A DNA stretch of 64,000 nt, from the NCBI GenBank assembly GCA_039621445.1, contig CP154954.1, positions 13,572,716 to 13,636,715 of the forward strand, written 5' to 3'. Positions 12,070-23,248 of the stretch are shown here, in pieces (positions within the stretch are counted from its first letter, which is position 1; every line of letters starts with the position of its first letter). The position numbers were made by a program, and so were the translations under genes. Source of the stretch: Euglena gracilis (Eukaryota). The notes below the pieces were generated by a model. It searched no databases. It was given only the letters and a program-made list of their open reading frames with translations, and was not told the origin of the DNA.

Positions 12070-15000
12070 CTAGCAACGGTTTCCTTTCCCCCTTCCTTTG
12101 CCTTTGCCTTTTCCACCGTCCTGGCCCTTTCCCCTAGACCAGTCATTTCCATTGTTTCCTTTCCCCCAGGAATTGTTTCCTTTGCCCTTTCCTTTGCCTT
12201 TGCCTTTGCCACCACCAGACTGTGAATCAAAATTCTGTTGATTTGAGTGCCACCACTGATTTCCCTGAAAATTGGTGTTGGCATTTGAATTCCACCCAGA
12301 ATCATTTCTCCATCCACCCCCATTGCCAAATTGAGATTGCTGGGGGGGTGGCAATGACTGTGATCGAATCACTGGCACTGGATTTTGCACTGGGGGGTGC
12401 ACGTTTGTATTGGTCGCAGGAGCTGCCACCTGTGAATCTGATTTTCCAACGGACGGTTTTGCCAACGTTTCGCCCCCCTTTGCTGACCGTGTTGGGGAGG
12501 GTGTCCTGGACCCCTTGGCCCGATCTGCCTTAGCAGACCTGGCCCTCCGGTTTCCAAATGCATTTGGCTCCCTGGAACTGTGTAACATGTCTTGATCATC
12601 CCTGGATGACAATTTTCGCTCAATAAAACGGAAAATTTCTTCAGCTCCCATTTTTGGCTTTTCCTCCACAATTTTGATTCTTTTATCCGTGCCTGTGATT
12701 GGTTTCCCACTGACCTCTTTCAGTTTGTCGCAAATCGCAATATTGGGCAAAAAGACTTCGAACTCCAGCGGTGAAACTTTCGAAACCTTGCAGGGCTTTT
12801 CCCCAGTGACATGTTCCACGGCACAAATGATGTTTTCCTCAGTTGCAGGCACTCCAGGGTACATTCTGATTTTCGGTCCACACGTTGATTTCCTTTCCTC
12901 CTCATCGGCGACCCAATGCAAAATGAAATTTGGCAGTTTCCCCTTGACCAGTCTTTCTGCCTCATCGTCAGTGGCACTTTTCACCTGTCTCCAGGCCATT
13001 CTGAAATTTATGACAAAGTCTCGCCATTCCCGTACGGTAATTTTCCCTTGGTTCACAAGGTTGACATCATACCATTTTTTTCTGGCACAGTCGGACTGAG
13101 TTCCAGCATATTTCCCGTCAATCCTGTCAAATTCCTCCTCGAAAGATGTTTTTCCGTTAAATTCTATTCGGAATTGCAATTCCTTTTGATTTGTGTCATC
13201 CAGCGTCATTGCAAAAAGTCGAAGTTTGAGTGGATCAGACACATGTCCATTTTGCAAAATAACCAACGTCCTGAAATATTGATCCCAATCCCGCACAAAG
13301 GACGACCAGTCTTTTGGCTGTCCAGAAAAATTTGGAGCTACCAGGTTTTTCATCAATTGATGTGTTGCCACTGCATTTGATGAAACCAGCCCTGCACCTG
13401 CAGGCACTGCCCCCACAGGTCGTGCACAAACCTGCCTGACATGTGTCGCATGTGACCCTGGTTCTGTGTATTCATAGCCTTCAATTTCAACCGGATTTTT
13501 CTCGATCACAGGTAAATTGTTGTAACCAAAAAGATCAAACTCCTCGATTTCTGGGTTTCCAGCTGACTTTTCTCTCGTTTCCTTTGTCAGATCCACTGTC
13601 GCAGATTTGGCAGATTCAGCTTGCTGATTTTTCATCACCAAAAACTCAGCCTGAAATAAATCCAGCTTTTGTTGCAATTTTTTCCGCTCCTGCTGTTCTT
13701 TAAAAAGTTCACTGGACTGCTGTTGCAGTAAAACTCCAACCTGCTGTTTCATCGAATTTTCCATTTCAGCCCGAACGTTCTCAAACTGCCCCTCCCTTTC
13801 ACTCAGCCTCAACCTTTCCTGCAACATTTCACTGATAATGTCCTCCAAATTCTTTCTCGTTTGCAGCCCCAACTCCCTTTGCACCTCCAACCGAATTGTT
13901 TCCTCGCTCTTGTTAATCAGGTCACAGACTTTTTCAATGGGAAAATCTTTCCGACCCAGAAAATTCTCCAACCTCCCCAAACGATCATTCAGAGCTTTGC
14001 TCTCTCGCTCCAGGGACTGTGAAAATTCCTTCAATTTCTCAGCCTGCGCCTGAAATTTGGCACACTCAGTCTCCCCCAAACCTTTGCATTGCTGAAAAAT
14101 GATTCCGAAACGTCCCTCCAGACCAGAGCTTAGCTCACCGACTGCAGATTTGACCTGATTAACAGCAATTTCCTGCTGTTTTTCCTTCTCCCCCACTTGT
14201 TGCACCACGACATGCATTTCCCCCAAAGATTTTTCCAAAATCGACAGCTTCTGAGAAAAATCCCTCTCATTTTTTCTCAACCCCTCAACCTGGGCCTCAA
14301 AAAACGAGTTAACTCCATCCTCCACTTTCTTCACTTTTTCAGCAAACTGCCGTTCCATTTCCACACTCAACAAATGCCTTTGGCATTGGGCCAGATTTTG
14401 CACCATTTCACCATTTTGCTGAAACTGCAAAAGCAAGTCGTTTACAGTTGCACTCAGTTCAGCCTGAATTTCACGTTTCACCATGGCAATGTGATCAGCC
14501 ATTCGCCCATCATGCATGCCCAATGCCTCATTCACCAGATTCAATGTCTGCCCCTGTGACATGGCCAATGCCCGATTTAGCCTGTTTTCTGCCTCCCCCA
14601 CCAGATTTTCAGCCGTTTTTTCAGGATTTTTTCCTTCCTGCACCAAAAGTCTGCCATGTAAACATTCAATTTTGCAACTGATTTCTTCACCCCAGTTGTT
14701 CCAATCATCATCAGATTGGCCATAGCCCGATTCCATTTCCACATCATGCTGATTTTCAGGGTTTTCGGACCCAGTTTCTGCAGAAAAACTGGTGTTTGGC
14801 TGCAAATTTTGTGGCTGGGTCTGTGGAAAATCTGGCTGAATTGGCCAAAAAACCTGGGCTGGGCCTGTGTTTGAAGACACTGTTGACGCTGGCTGAAAAC
14901 TCTGCCCAGGCATCTGGGCTGGCCCCATGATTGCTGGGACAGATGACTCAGCCGAAAACTGCTGGGCTGGCTGAAAAACCTGTGAAGTCATCTGGGCTGG

Positions 15001-16209
15001 CCCCATGATTGCTGGGACAGATGACTCAGCCGAAAACTGCTGGGCTGGCTGAAAAACCTGTGAAATCATCTGGGCTGGGACAGATATCTCAGCCAAAAAC
15101 GGCTGGGCTGGCTGACAAACCTGCAGCTGGGCTGCAGCTGGCTGTGCTGACTGCGATTCTGAACTCTGTGTTAACAGCAATGGTTCTGGCTGGGCTGTTA
15201 AACACAAAATTTTTTGTTCTGGCCCTGGGCTGCTGTCTCGTGACACAGAAATTTGCTGAAAACCTGAAAAATTTACTGGCCACATGCCAGCAGCTTTCAT
15301 TCTCTGTATAACCATTTCCTGAATTATGGCGTTTTCAGCTCCTTTTTCTTCCTCTGATTCGCTTTCGTATGTTGGGGGGTCTGATTCGTCGTCACTGCCA
15401 TGCAGTGGAACCAGATGTAAATTTTCTGGCCCTAACACCGTGATGGGCCTAATGCATGTAAATGACCCCCTCTCCGAATCAGAATCAGATTCTGATTCCT
15501 GTGTCGTTTCTGAAAATCCTGAAGCCGATAAAGTTTCCGCAGCCTGAAAATTGTTTTCTGCCACAGATCTCAGAAAATTTTCACCACAATCTGAAATTCG
15601 GACAGATTGGCTGGGAAACGAGCAGATTTCTGCAGATTCTTCTGAAAATTCACAGACCACAGGGTTGATGAAACTGTCCTCGTGTACCATTCTGCTGGCA
15701 CAGCCACCAGAACAAATCTCTGTGACCGTGTCGACCGTCTCTGAAAAATTTTCACTGACTGGGTCAGTGAAACAACCTTTGCTTGCGATGTCAGCCGAAT
15801 CTGAAAACTTTGCACTGATTCTGCTGGTAGAGCCAGCGGAACAAATCTCTGCCACGATGTTCACCGAATCTGAAAAATCCTCAATGATTCTGCTGGCAGA
15901 GCCAGCAGAACAAACCTCTGCGACCATGTTCGCCGACCCCACCCCCTGTGCGCCGCCGGTCGCCCCCGCGACCGGCGAGTCCCGGTGGGCCGAGGGCCCG
16001 GGGGGGTCCTCGCCGTCGTGGATAACCACCGACAGCAGGGTGGTGGGTGTTTCCGGGGCGGGGCCTGCGCTTTTTCTGGGGGTTGGTGGGCTCAGGCCAA
16101 CTCCCATTTTTTCACCCAGGTGTTTCCCCCTACCCCAGCCGGTGCGTAGGATCGTTTTTTTAATGTTTTCTGAAAATTTGGTGAACACCGAAAAATCTGC
16201 CATTTGCAA
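12070..16209 (-). CDS. gag: Gag-like ORF of element A (true start uncertain; called ORF begins inside the LTR)
   Basis: 1379-aa ORF upstream of pol with a coiled-coil-like region, capsid-like PNFSGQPKDWSSFVRDW and a GK-rich tail; internal tandem repeats at ~14890-15120. Confidence 0.8.
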   Translation of the reverse strand: MQMADFSVFTKFSENIKKTILRTGWGRGKHLGEKMGVGLSPPTPRKSAGPAPETPTTLLSVVIHDGEDPPGPSAHRDSPVAGATGGAQGVGSANMVAEVCSAGSASRIIEDFSDSVNIVAEICSAGSTSRISAKFSDSADIASKGCFTDPVSENFSETVDTVTEICSGGCASRMVHEDSFINPVVCEFSEESAEICSFPSQSVRISDCGENFLRSVAENNFQAAETLSASGFSETTQESESDSDSERGSFTCIRPITVLGPENLHLVPLHGSDDESDPPTYESESEEEKGAENAIIQEMVIQRMKAAGMWPVNFSGFQQISVSRDSSPGPEQKILCLTAQPEPLLLTQSSESQSAQPAAAQLQVCQPAQPFLAEISVPAQMISQVFQPAQQFSAESSVPAIMGPAQMTSQVFQPAQQFSAESSVPAIMGPAQMPGQSFQPASTVSSNTGPAQVFWPIQPDFPQTQPQNLQPNTSFSAETGSENPENQHDVEMESGYGQSDDDWNNWGEEISCKIECLHGRLLVQEGKNPEKTAENLVGEAENRLNRALAMSQGQTLNLVNEALGMHDGRMADHIAMVKREIQAELSATVNDLLLQFQQNGEMVQNLAQCQRHLLSVEMERQFAEKVKKVEDGVNSFFEAQVEGLRKNERDFSQKLSILEKSLGEMHVVVQQVGEKEKQQEIAVNQVKSAVGELSSGLEGRFGIIFQQCKGLGETECAKFQAQAEKLKEFSQSLERESKALNDRLGRLENFLGRKDFPIEKVCDLINKSEETIRLEVQRELGLQTRKNLEDIISEMLQERLRLSEREGQFENVRAEMENSMKQQVGVLLQQQSSELFKEQQERKKLQQKLDLFQAEFLVMKNQQAESAKSATVDLTKETREKSAGNPEIEEFDLFGYNNLPVIEKNPVEIEGYEYTEPGSHATHVRQVCARPVGAVPAGAGLVSSNAVATHQLMKNLVAPNFSGQPKDWSSFVRDWDQYFRTLVILQNGHVSDPLKLRLFAMTLDDTNQKELQFRIEFNGKTSFEEEFDRIDGKYAGTQSDCARKKWYDVNLVNQGKITVREWRDFVINFRMAWRQVKSATDDEAERLVKGKLPNFILHWVADEEERKSTCGPKIRMYPGVPATEENIICAVEHVTGEKPCKVSKVSPLEFEVFLPNIAICDKLKEVSGKPITGTDKRIKIVEEKPKMGAEEIFRFIERKLSSRDDQDMLHSSREPNAFGNRRARSAKADRAKGSRTPSPTRSAKGGETLAKPSVGKSDSQVAAPATNTNVHPPVQNPVPVIRSQSLPPPQQSQFGNGGGWRNDSGWNSNANTNFQGNQWWHSNQQNFDSQSGGGKGKGKGKGKGNNSWGKGNNGNDWSRGKGQDGGKGKGKGRGKGNRC
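15915..15926 (-). promoter_or_regulatory. Primer binding site of element A, initiator-tRNA-Met-like
   Basis: TGGTCGCAGAGG directly after the 5' LTR; one mismatch to the common TGGTAGCAGAGG. Confidence 0.75.
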
Positions 16210-16746
16210 TGAAATCGAACTTTTCTCTCTGAAATCTCACTTTTCTCTCTTTCTCACTCTCACACCCTCTTGCACAAACCAACCCACAAACCAACCCACT
16301 GAAACTGAAATGAATCCCAACCCACTGGAGAAGCAATCACACTGTTTGAAATCTGTGAGAGTGACTGAATGTAATGAAAAAAACAACCTGGGGCAAGGAA
16401 GAGGGGATAGGGAATAGGAGTGGCGGTGAGGGTGGCGGTGTTGTAGGGTCTCCTTCAAACCAATCCTTCAATGAATTCAACCAACAATGTAATGCCCAAC
16501 AATGTAATTGCCAATTCCAATTCAACAATGTGATTGATCAAATCCAATTCAATGTATTTCCTCTTTGCCAAATAATGGGGAAAACCCCTCAAGTTCTGTG
16601 AACAAAAAGAATTTGAAAGGTCTTTGAAATTTGACCCGCTTCCAATTTAAGTCGCGGGTTTTTTTAACTGGTTGGCTGTTACCCGCGACTTTGAAATTTG
16701 CGCTTTCTGGCAATTTTTGGCTGCCGGCGAAAGCCGGCGGCCGACA
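15927..16746 (-). repeat. 5' LTR of element A
   Basis: Direct repeat of 4690-5509, followed by PBS. Confidence 0.95.
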
Positions 16747-16750
16747 CCAC

Positions 16751-18294
16751 CATCGTTCCCCAGCACTCGGAGACGTTGGAGAAGTCGAAGAAGGAGTACA
16801 AACAGGTGGAAGGTCGCCTGAAGCGCTCTGAATTCCGAAAGGTAGAAAGCTACCGCCACACGGGAATGGCCCGTAAGTTCCAGATCGACGGTAGGGCAAT
16901 GCGACTCGCCGTCGAGGAACATGCCAAGGTAAGAATGCCTTACCTCTGGTCCGTTGGCGACTGAGTGACACAGGTTTACCCGTTGTTCTCCAAGCGCCAA
17001 CAAAGGATTCGCCTTGCCACAGTGGCCTCATGAAGGTCACTATTTGGTGGAGTTCAGAGGTTGGTTGGCGGCTGTATTACGGCCCCATACCGCAAGAGCT
17101 CAGACAACGAGGTGGACGTATGACGTCAACTTCAAGCAGACCCCAGGGATGCCCCCGCAGGCGCCTGCGAATAACCCCCGGATGAATTACATCATCTGGC
17201 CGGTAATGCTGACTTTTCAGTATCATGCTGACCGGACCAGGGAGAGGCTACCGGACAGTTGGATCAAGGTCTGGGATACCCCATCCTTTGATATCAACGA
17301 TCCGGATCAGAACACCATCCGGAGTGAATCCACTCCGCAGCGTTCCCCACGCCAACTGGAGTTGGTTGAGGACCCATTAGGGGATACTCGACACCACTAC
17401 TGGCATGAGGTACGCAAACACCCGGCCGACAAAGGCAGGTGAGGTTCCTGTAAGCGCCAATGCGGCGCCTTTCAGAACCCTCGTCAGGTATTCGCCTGAC
17501 AGCTTGTTCGGATATTCGCCCGAAAATCCCTTCGAAGACCTTTGCGGTATTCGCCGCTAGTAAGTCCCCACCGGGATGCTACCATGTGCAGGATTCGGTG
17601 CGCATGCACGCACACCCCTCTCCCCTCTCCCCTCTCGCGAGCGTGCGACACGCAGCGCACAGGGCCGAAGGCCTACTTTTCCTGTTCTTTTTCTTTTTGG
17701 CCGTTTGAGGCCATAAGGTTGCCAGACAGAACAACTTTTTCTGGCCTAAGCCAACCCCACAGTCCTCTGTACTTTCCTCCCGGGACAAATGCTGTCGCCG
17801 GCAGTTGGTTTTGTACAGTAGGATTTTCTGTTTGCGTGGTCAGGTTTGACTGGCCATCCGCCCTGCCCAGGTTTAACTGGTCACGGGACCCCACCTTCCA
17901 CACCTTTCCCATGTGTTTTCCTGGAATGCCCATGGACCCAACCCCAAGTGCCTTGGGCACACCCAAACTGGGTGGATGGATTTGCTTGGCAAGGAAACCT
18001 GCCAGCCCCATTTTCCCCGGTGGGCTATAATATACTATTCCCATAAGCCCGCAGAAAAGGTGAAACTATTTTGCGCGTTTTCGGCTTTTTGTGTTCCCCT
18101 CCTTACAGCCCCCCCCCACCCTTGAGTGGCCCCCTGTGCGACGGAAAGGGCCCCTGTGGATTCACCAGAGTGCATCTCCCACGGACCAGGTCTGTGTCCG
18201 ACATCCCTGTGGCCAGAATGCCCGGTCCAAAGAGGAAATCGGGCATAGCCCTGGGAGGGGGATGTGTTCCAGGAGTATGCTTCTGTCCACTTCT
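16751..18294 (+). mobile_element. 3' part of element B': rest of accessory ORF, 3' UTR, PPT and start of 3' LTR
   Basis: YRHTGMARKFQIDG and LVEDPL match ORF 38210-39232; 17700-18273 resembles 39570-40124; PPT GGGAGGGGGA (18253-18262) then TGTGTTCCAGG. Confidence 0.85.
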
Positions 18295-21200
18295 GTTTTT
18301 TTAGGGGCTATAGCCGGCTTGCTGGGTCGCGCGTGCACTCTCTTCTCACCTTGTGGAGCGCACCAGGGCGGGCGAACTACCCTTTGCGTGTGTGTTGTTT
18401 TTGCCGGCTCCACTCTCCTTTGTGGCCTCGTTGGGCGGATACCTTTCGCCTGGCGTGTAGGCTCTTTTTTTTTGGTGGCTTCTTTTTTTAGTTTTTTTTT
18501 GTGGGGGGGGGCGCCTTTTGGGGGGTGTTTCCGTGGTGAACCTCCACGCTTTGTGGGTTGTGGCCGTCTTGGTCTTTGTCTTGCTCGCTTTTGGTGTGTT
18601 CTGCGGTGGGGGTTGAGGACTCACCATGGGTGGAGGGCCTCCTCCACGCGGTCTCTGGCGGAGAGCTGCCGCGCCACGTGGCGCATGAGTGTCACCGATA
18701 GTGCTTCCTGCATTTCTTGCAGGGCGATGTCTTTGGCCATCCCCGCAGGTGGCCCTTTTGGTCACCTCAAACAGCACCGCCTTGGCAGAGGTGGCCAGGC
18801 CTCTTCATGTGCTCAGGCCGAAGGGTGAGAAGCCCCACCCCTTCGCCTGAAACGGGGGGCCATCCGTCTGCACTTTCCTGGTTTCCACCTGGTTGCAATG
18901 GCTACGGGCATTGTCCACCACCAGAGGGTGCTCTCCCAGCCCCACGGGGTGGCTGCACACGAAATCAACTGCCACGTGTTGCCCCCGTGACCAGTTGATG
19001 AGGAGAACATCAGCTGGTCTTTTGTTCGCCAAACATTCTACCTCCTTCTCCACCGCAATGTTGTACCGGGCGCACATCGCCGCAAAAGCATCTCGGAGTG
19101 CATTGCGCCGTTGGGTGTTTCCATTCTGCTGGCAGCAGACGAAGTGATCCCCCAAGGGATCAATGGACCCTCGACCCAGTGGGCACCCCGGCAGCGTGAC
19201 GTGGTGGGCGGAGAAAGTGGCGGAAATGCAGAGCCAGCGAGTCGACGCGGTCGGCTCTGCCATGGACCGGGTGAGACGGGCTTGCCAAAAGGGACCAGTG
19301 GCAACGGGATGGCTGCAGATTTTGCCCAGCAAGGCACAGCACACAGCTTTCTCGGACACCCAATACCGGCTGCTACTGCGGTGGTGGCTTGGCCTGCCCA
19401 TCCTCCCTTCAACGGTGGCGTGTTCTGGTGCTGCGGAGGAGAGTGGGGTGGTGCCTGCGAGCCAGCTGGCCACAGGATCCATGTTGGGGCCAAGCCGTTG
19501 CTGCAACCGTTGTAGCGTGTCTTACATGTCCGGGGATGGGGTTGCCAACACCGAGGCTGGCACCCCGACTGCTTGGCTGCCGTGCATCCCCAGATTCAGC
19601 AAGGCCGCCATCCGTGCCGCGGGTTGCAACACTTCGGGGTCCGAGATTCCGAGTACCCCTTGGCGGATGGGCAGGGAGACTTGATCCCATGAACTCTCGG
19701 TGATTCCCAGTCCGAGGAGATCTTGTACGGCTTCCTGTAGCCGTGCCCTGAGAATGAGCGGGAGATCCCGTGGGTTTTCTCTCTCCGTTGATCGGAGGAG
19801 GTGGACCACCCCACATCCGTCAATACAATACCGCAAGAGTGCGTGCCGCACTTGCTCCTCCGGGTATACCCTGAGCCGTTCCAGGAGCAAGGTCGCCTTG
19901 TCCACGGTCTCTTCTCGTACGGCTTGGCATTGTGGTGCTCTTGGCGTGTCCTCTTGTGCTGTGCGATGCTCCCGCGGGGCATCAATTGGGACGCCCAGGG
20001 TCGTGATGCTCCTCGGTCCTCCAAAGGGAATCACAGGCACTTGTTGTCCCAAGTGGTCTTCTGCCAAACCGACTGGGTAACGTGGCCCGGCTTGATTGAC
20101 CGTTTGCATCCCAGGTCCCCAAAATATGCACTTGGCCAATTTGGGGTGGAGGCCTACTCGCTCCAGGACCGTGCTGAGGTCATGGAGGCGGGCCAACACC
20201 ACTGCTGATTTCCCCACGATGTGGCCGTCGTCGAGGTACCAAGACTCCCATGCCAATTCCCGGGCAAAGCACTGGTCAAGGGCGTAGTCCAAGCCCAGTG
20301 CAAAGCCCAAGGGCCCGCGTGCGTCTCCTTGATGCACTCCGATCTGGCTTGTACATAGGAGCCGCCCTTGGCAGAACAACGGACTTGGTCCACTGTAGCA
20401 AAAGTGCAGCCAGTTTTACGCCGTGGTGGCCAAGCATCCCCGGAGCACTGCATCTCTGCTGATGGAGTTGAAGGCATTACGCATATCCACCTGCAACACC
20501 ACATAGTCGTTGTCCCCTTGGAGGTGGCTTGACTGGACGTAGCGATGCAGGCCCATGCCCACCATCTCGGCGGCGTTGCACACTCCCATCCCGCACTGCC
20601 GCGGTTGTAGGGCTGCCAACTCCATCGTCACCGCTTCAGAATGGAGAAGGCACTTGCCTCCCACTCGCCGGAGGGTGTCCCTGACGGCAATGGGCTGCAC
20701 CGCCCCACCCTTCTTGCGGAGCGGGATGAGCGTGGAAGCGCATGGCCCTTCTCGCACGCTCTCCGGGAATGATGTGGTCAGGGCCGTCGCAGCAAGCTTG
20801 CCGAGAGCTTGGACCAGGGCCCCCCCCCGGCCCCAGCTTTCGGCAACACTCACTGAGGTGGATTGGACACAGCCCAGATGGTCTGCCTGTGGACCCCAGG
20901 GGGAAGGAGACCACGGCTGCCCAGGCCCGCTTGGACCACTGGTCGTTGCTCTCCTCTTCGTCCATGCCCTCGTTCACCAGGCGGCAGGCAATCGAGGTGG
21001 GCAAATCCCCTGCCGGGACCAAGTGTGGCTGTGGTGGGGGATCGAGGTCCCTCAGTACGGCTTCCACACCTGGTTCTTGCCTGTTGACTAGCCCATCTGA
21101 CACCAACAGCTTAGCGGCCTTGGACAGTGCGCCTTCCTCCACCAACGCCCTGATTTTTCCCCACCTGGGATGGTGACATTTCCCCTTCCTCCTCCCGCCT

Positions 21201-22358
21201 GGCCTGTGCCCTTGTGCACGCCGGTTGGTCCAATGGGGCCTGCCGTGCTTGGGCGTTCGCCTCGGCCCACAAGGTTCCCAGTTGGCCTTGCTGAAACAGA
21301 CGCAGCCGTCGGTCCATGTCATGTGCTGCCTGCCGCTGGTGCTTGCTTCCACCCCGGCCTGATGAAAGCAAGACCAGCTTTGGGAAACACATGAGACGGT
21401 GGGGGGCCTCCCAGGTTGGCACTGGGACCGCCATATCCCTCACCAGATGTGCCAGCTCTTGGGAGATGGCGATGCGACACACTGCCGGGCTGTGTCTCAC
21501 TATGGGCACATGCACGACGAGCACCTCGTCAAACGTCGGCGTCATTTGTAGGCATCTGCTTGTGGTTGGTGTTCCTGGCTGTGGCAGGGCTGCGTCTCTC
21601 GGGGGGATGAGAGGCACGGGGCCCCGTGTTGCCTCTGCGGCGTCGAGGCCTTGCGGTGCCACCTGGCAGTTCCTTCATCTCTTGCTTTGGGGCACAAGTG
21701 AGCGGCAGGGGCCTGCGCAGACCCGTACCCTCAGCATTTGGAGGACTGCTGACGGCACCACTTGGCCGTGCGACACGTGGCGCGCGGCCAGGTGCGACAC
21801 CAACGCTTTTCGGGACTTGGTGGTGAGGGCTTCTGGGCACGATGGAAAGGGACACATGAGGGTTGGTGGTCCCCTGCTTCTGCTTCTTCCTCTTCGTCCT
21901 CAGCCGCCACGTCATCCCCTTGCTTTCCTTCGACGTGGCGGCCGAGTGCCACGGGAATCCGTGGCGTGTCCCTGCTTTCTGCCCCCTTCCCTCCCCTTGG
22001 GGATGTTCTTCTTGGTGGTGCGTTTGGCTTGGGTGTGGTGGTGGCTGTGCCGCTGCTCGCTGAGGTGCGGAGGTTCACCACGTCCCTGCCCCTTACGGAC
22101 TCCAAAAATGCTACACCGGGGTCGTGGCTTACACCCAAACTGTCGCTGCGCTGCCTCTTGTTCCGCAGGCAACCAATTGAATCCTCCTCTGTGTTCATGT
22201 TCTGGTTGACGACTTGAACTTCTTTCCTTTTCTTGATACTTGTGCTTCAGGCGATGTTATTTGAAGGATGTGGAAGATCTTCAATAAGCTTGGACCCCAC
22301 CAGGGGCTTTCAAGACATGGTACTTAGGCCAGACGAAAAAAATAGACACTCAGAAAGT
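18295..22358 (-). mobile_element. Full-length, decayed CRE/SLACS-like non-LTR retrotransposon E starting with the SL exon
   Basis: C2H2 finger (CPFPSC...HLAARH), RT (GVHQGD, SWYLDDG ~20230), CCHC and RLE (GDHFVCC, RPADVLL); short A tail; TSD TCTGTCCACTTCT at 18282-18294 and 22358-22370. Confidence 0.9.
22334..22358 (-). other. Euglenid spliced-leader exon copy
   Basis: Minus strand ACTTTCTGAGTGTCTATTTTTTTCG, matching the Euglena-type SL as recalled, with a T7 run. Confidence 0.9.
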
Positions 22359-22413
22359 CTGTCCACTTCTCCACTTCCAGTTGTCCACTGTCCAGTTCTG
22401 TACACTTCCGATG

Positions 22414-22621
22414 TGGAACCAAGTTGAGGACCAGCGGTGGTGGGACGAATCCACCGACCAGTGGCATAGCCTACTGTATTTGTCTGAGTTCGTGGGAGGG
22501 GGGCTATGTACAGATGGGCAAAGCCCATGGGCAGTGAAAGTGTATGAGGAGGTGGTTGAATGGAAGGGAGGTTAAGGTGTTAGTTTGTAGCGGTAGTAGA
22601 GGCTTATGCCTGTAGCGTTTC
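22414..22621 (-). mobile_element. 208-bp extreme 5'-truncated non-LTR copy (3' terminal motif only)
   Basis: Flanked by 11-bp TSD CACTTCCGATG (22403-22413, 22622-22632); contains the conserved 3' motif at 22435-22530. Confidence 0.85.
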
Positions 22622-22650
22622 CACTTCCGATGAGAAATAAGTATTCGTGT

Positions 22651-23240
22651 TGGAACGGTGGTGGGACGAAATGAGTCCACCGACCAGTGGGACAGCCTAC
22701 TGGATTTGAATGTTCAGGGGAGAGCTATGTATAGATGGGGAAACCCCATGGATAGTCAGGGGAGGGTAAGCAGGAGTCGGCTCAGCGGCTTGTCATTACA
22801 GATGGTGTGTGGGACCGGGTGAGTGGTGGTTACCCTGGGGCATGCCGAGACGTACTTTGATGGACTGAGAGTGCGGGGTGTCAGTCCTTTGGCGCTACTT
22901 CGGGTCACGCTCCTGCTGCGGGTGCGCACCGTTGGGGCGGCTGCGTTGGCCACCCTCCTGCGATTAAGGACGAGCCCTGGCTGATCTTTGAGAGGGTGTG
23001 GTGATAGGCGGGGAGTATCGTGTTCGTGTCGGCGTGTCCCATGGTGCTGAGCGAAGGAAGTGCTTGGGGCGCAGCATCTGCACCACTTGGCGGAAGAGAG
23101 CCACCGCCAGCAGCTGGTAGCTCTCTGCCTGTCGTGTAGAGCGTATATCGGCCTGATCCCAGGCGGTGGTCCGTTTCATCATCCGGGAAAGAAACTTGGC
23201 CATCGCTTTCAGGGGCCGATGAGGGGGGGCTACTGACACA
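22651..23240 (-). mobile_element. 5'-truncated CRE-like copy (RLE C-terminus, 3' UTR, 3' motif)
   Basis: AKFLSRMMKRTTAWDQ...LRPKHFLR matches the C-terminus of 24699-25076; motif at 22656-22751. Confidence 0.8.
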
Positions 23241-23248
23241 CGGACCAT

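Larger units (their letters stand above)
4690..16746 (-). mobile_element. Ty3/Gypsy chromovirus-like LTR retrotransposon A with C5 and N6 DNA methyltransferase domains
   Basis: 820-bp direct repeats 4690-5509 and 15927-16746 with TG...CA ends; 4-bp TSD CCAC (4686-4689, 16747-16750); PBS, PPT and gag-MTases-PR-RT-RH-IN-chromo order. Confidence 0.95.

Noticed and set aside
22334-22535. Intact SL RNA gene or 5S rRNA repeat
   Set aside because: The SL exon is not followed by a recognisable SL intron, and the adjacent structured motif does not resemble 5S rRNA and belongs to a separate TSD-bounded insertion.
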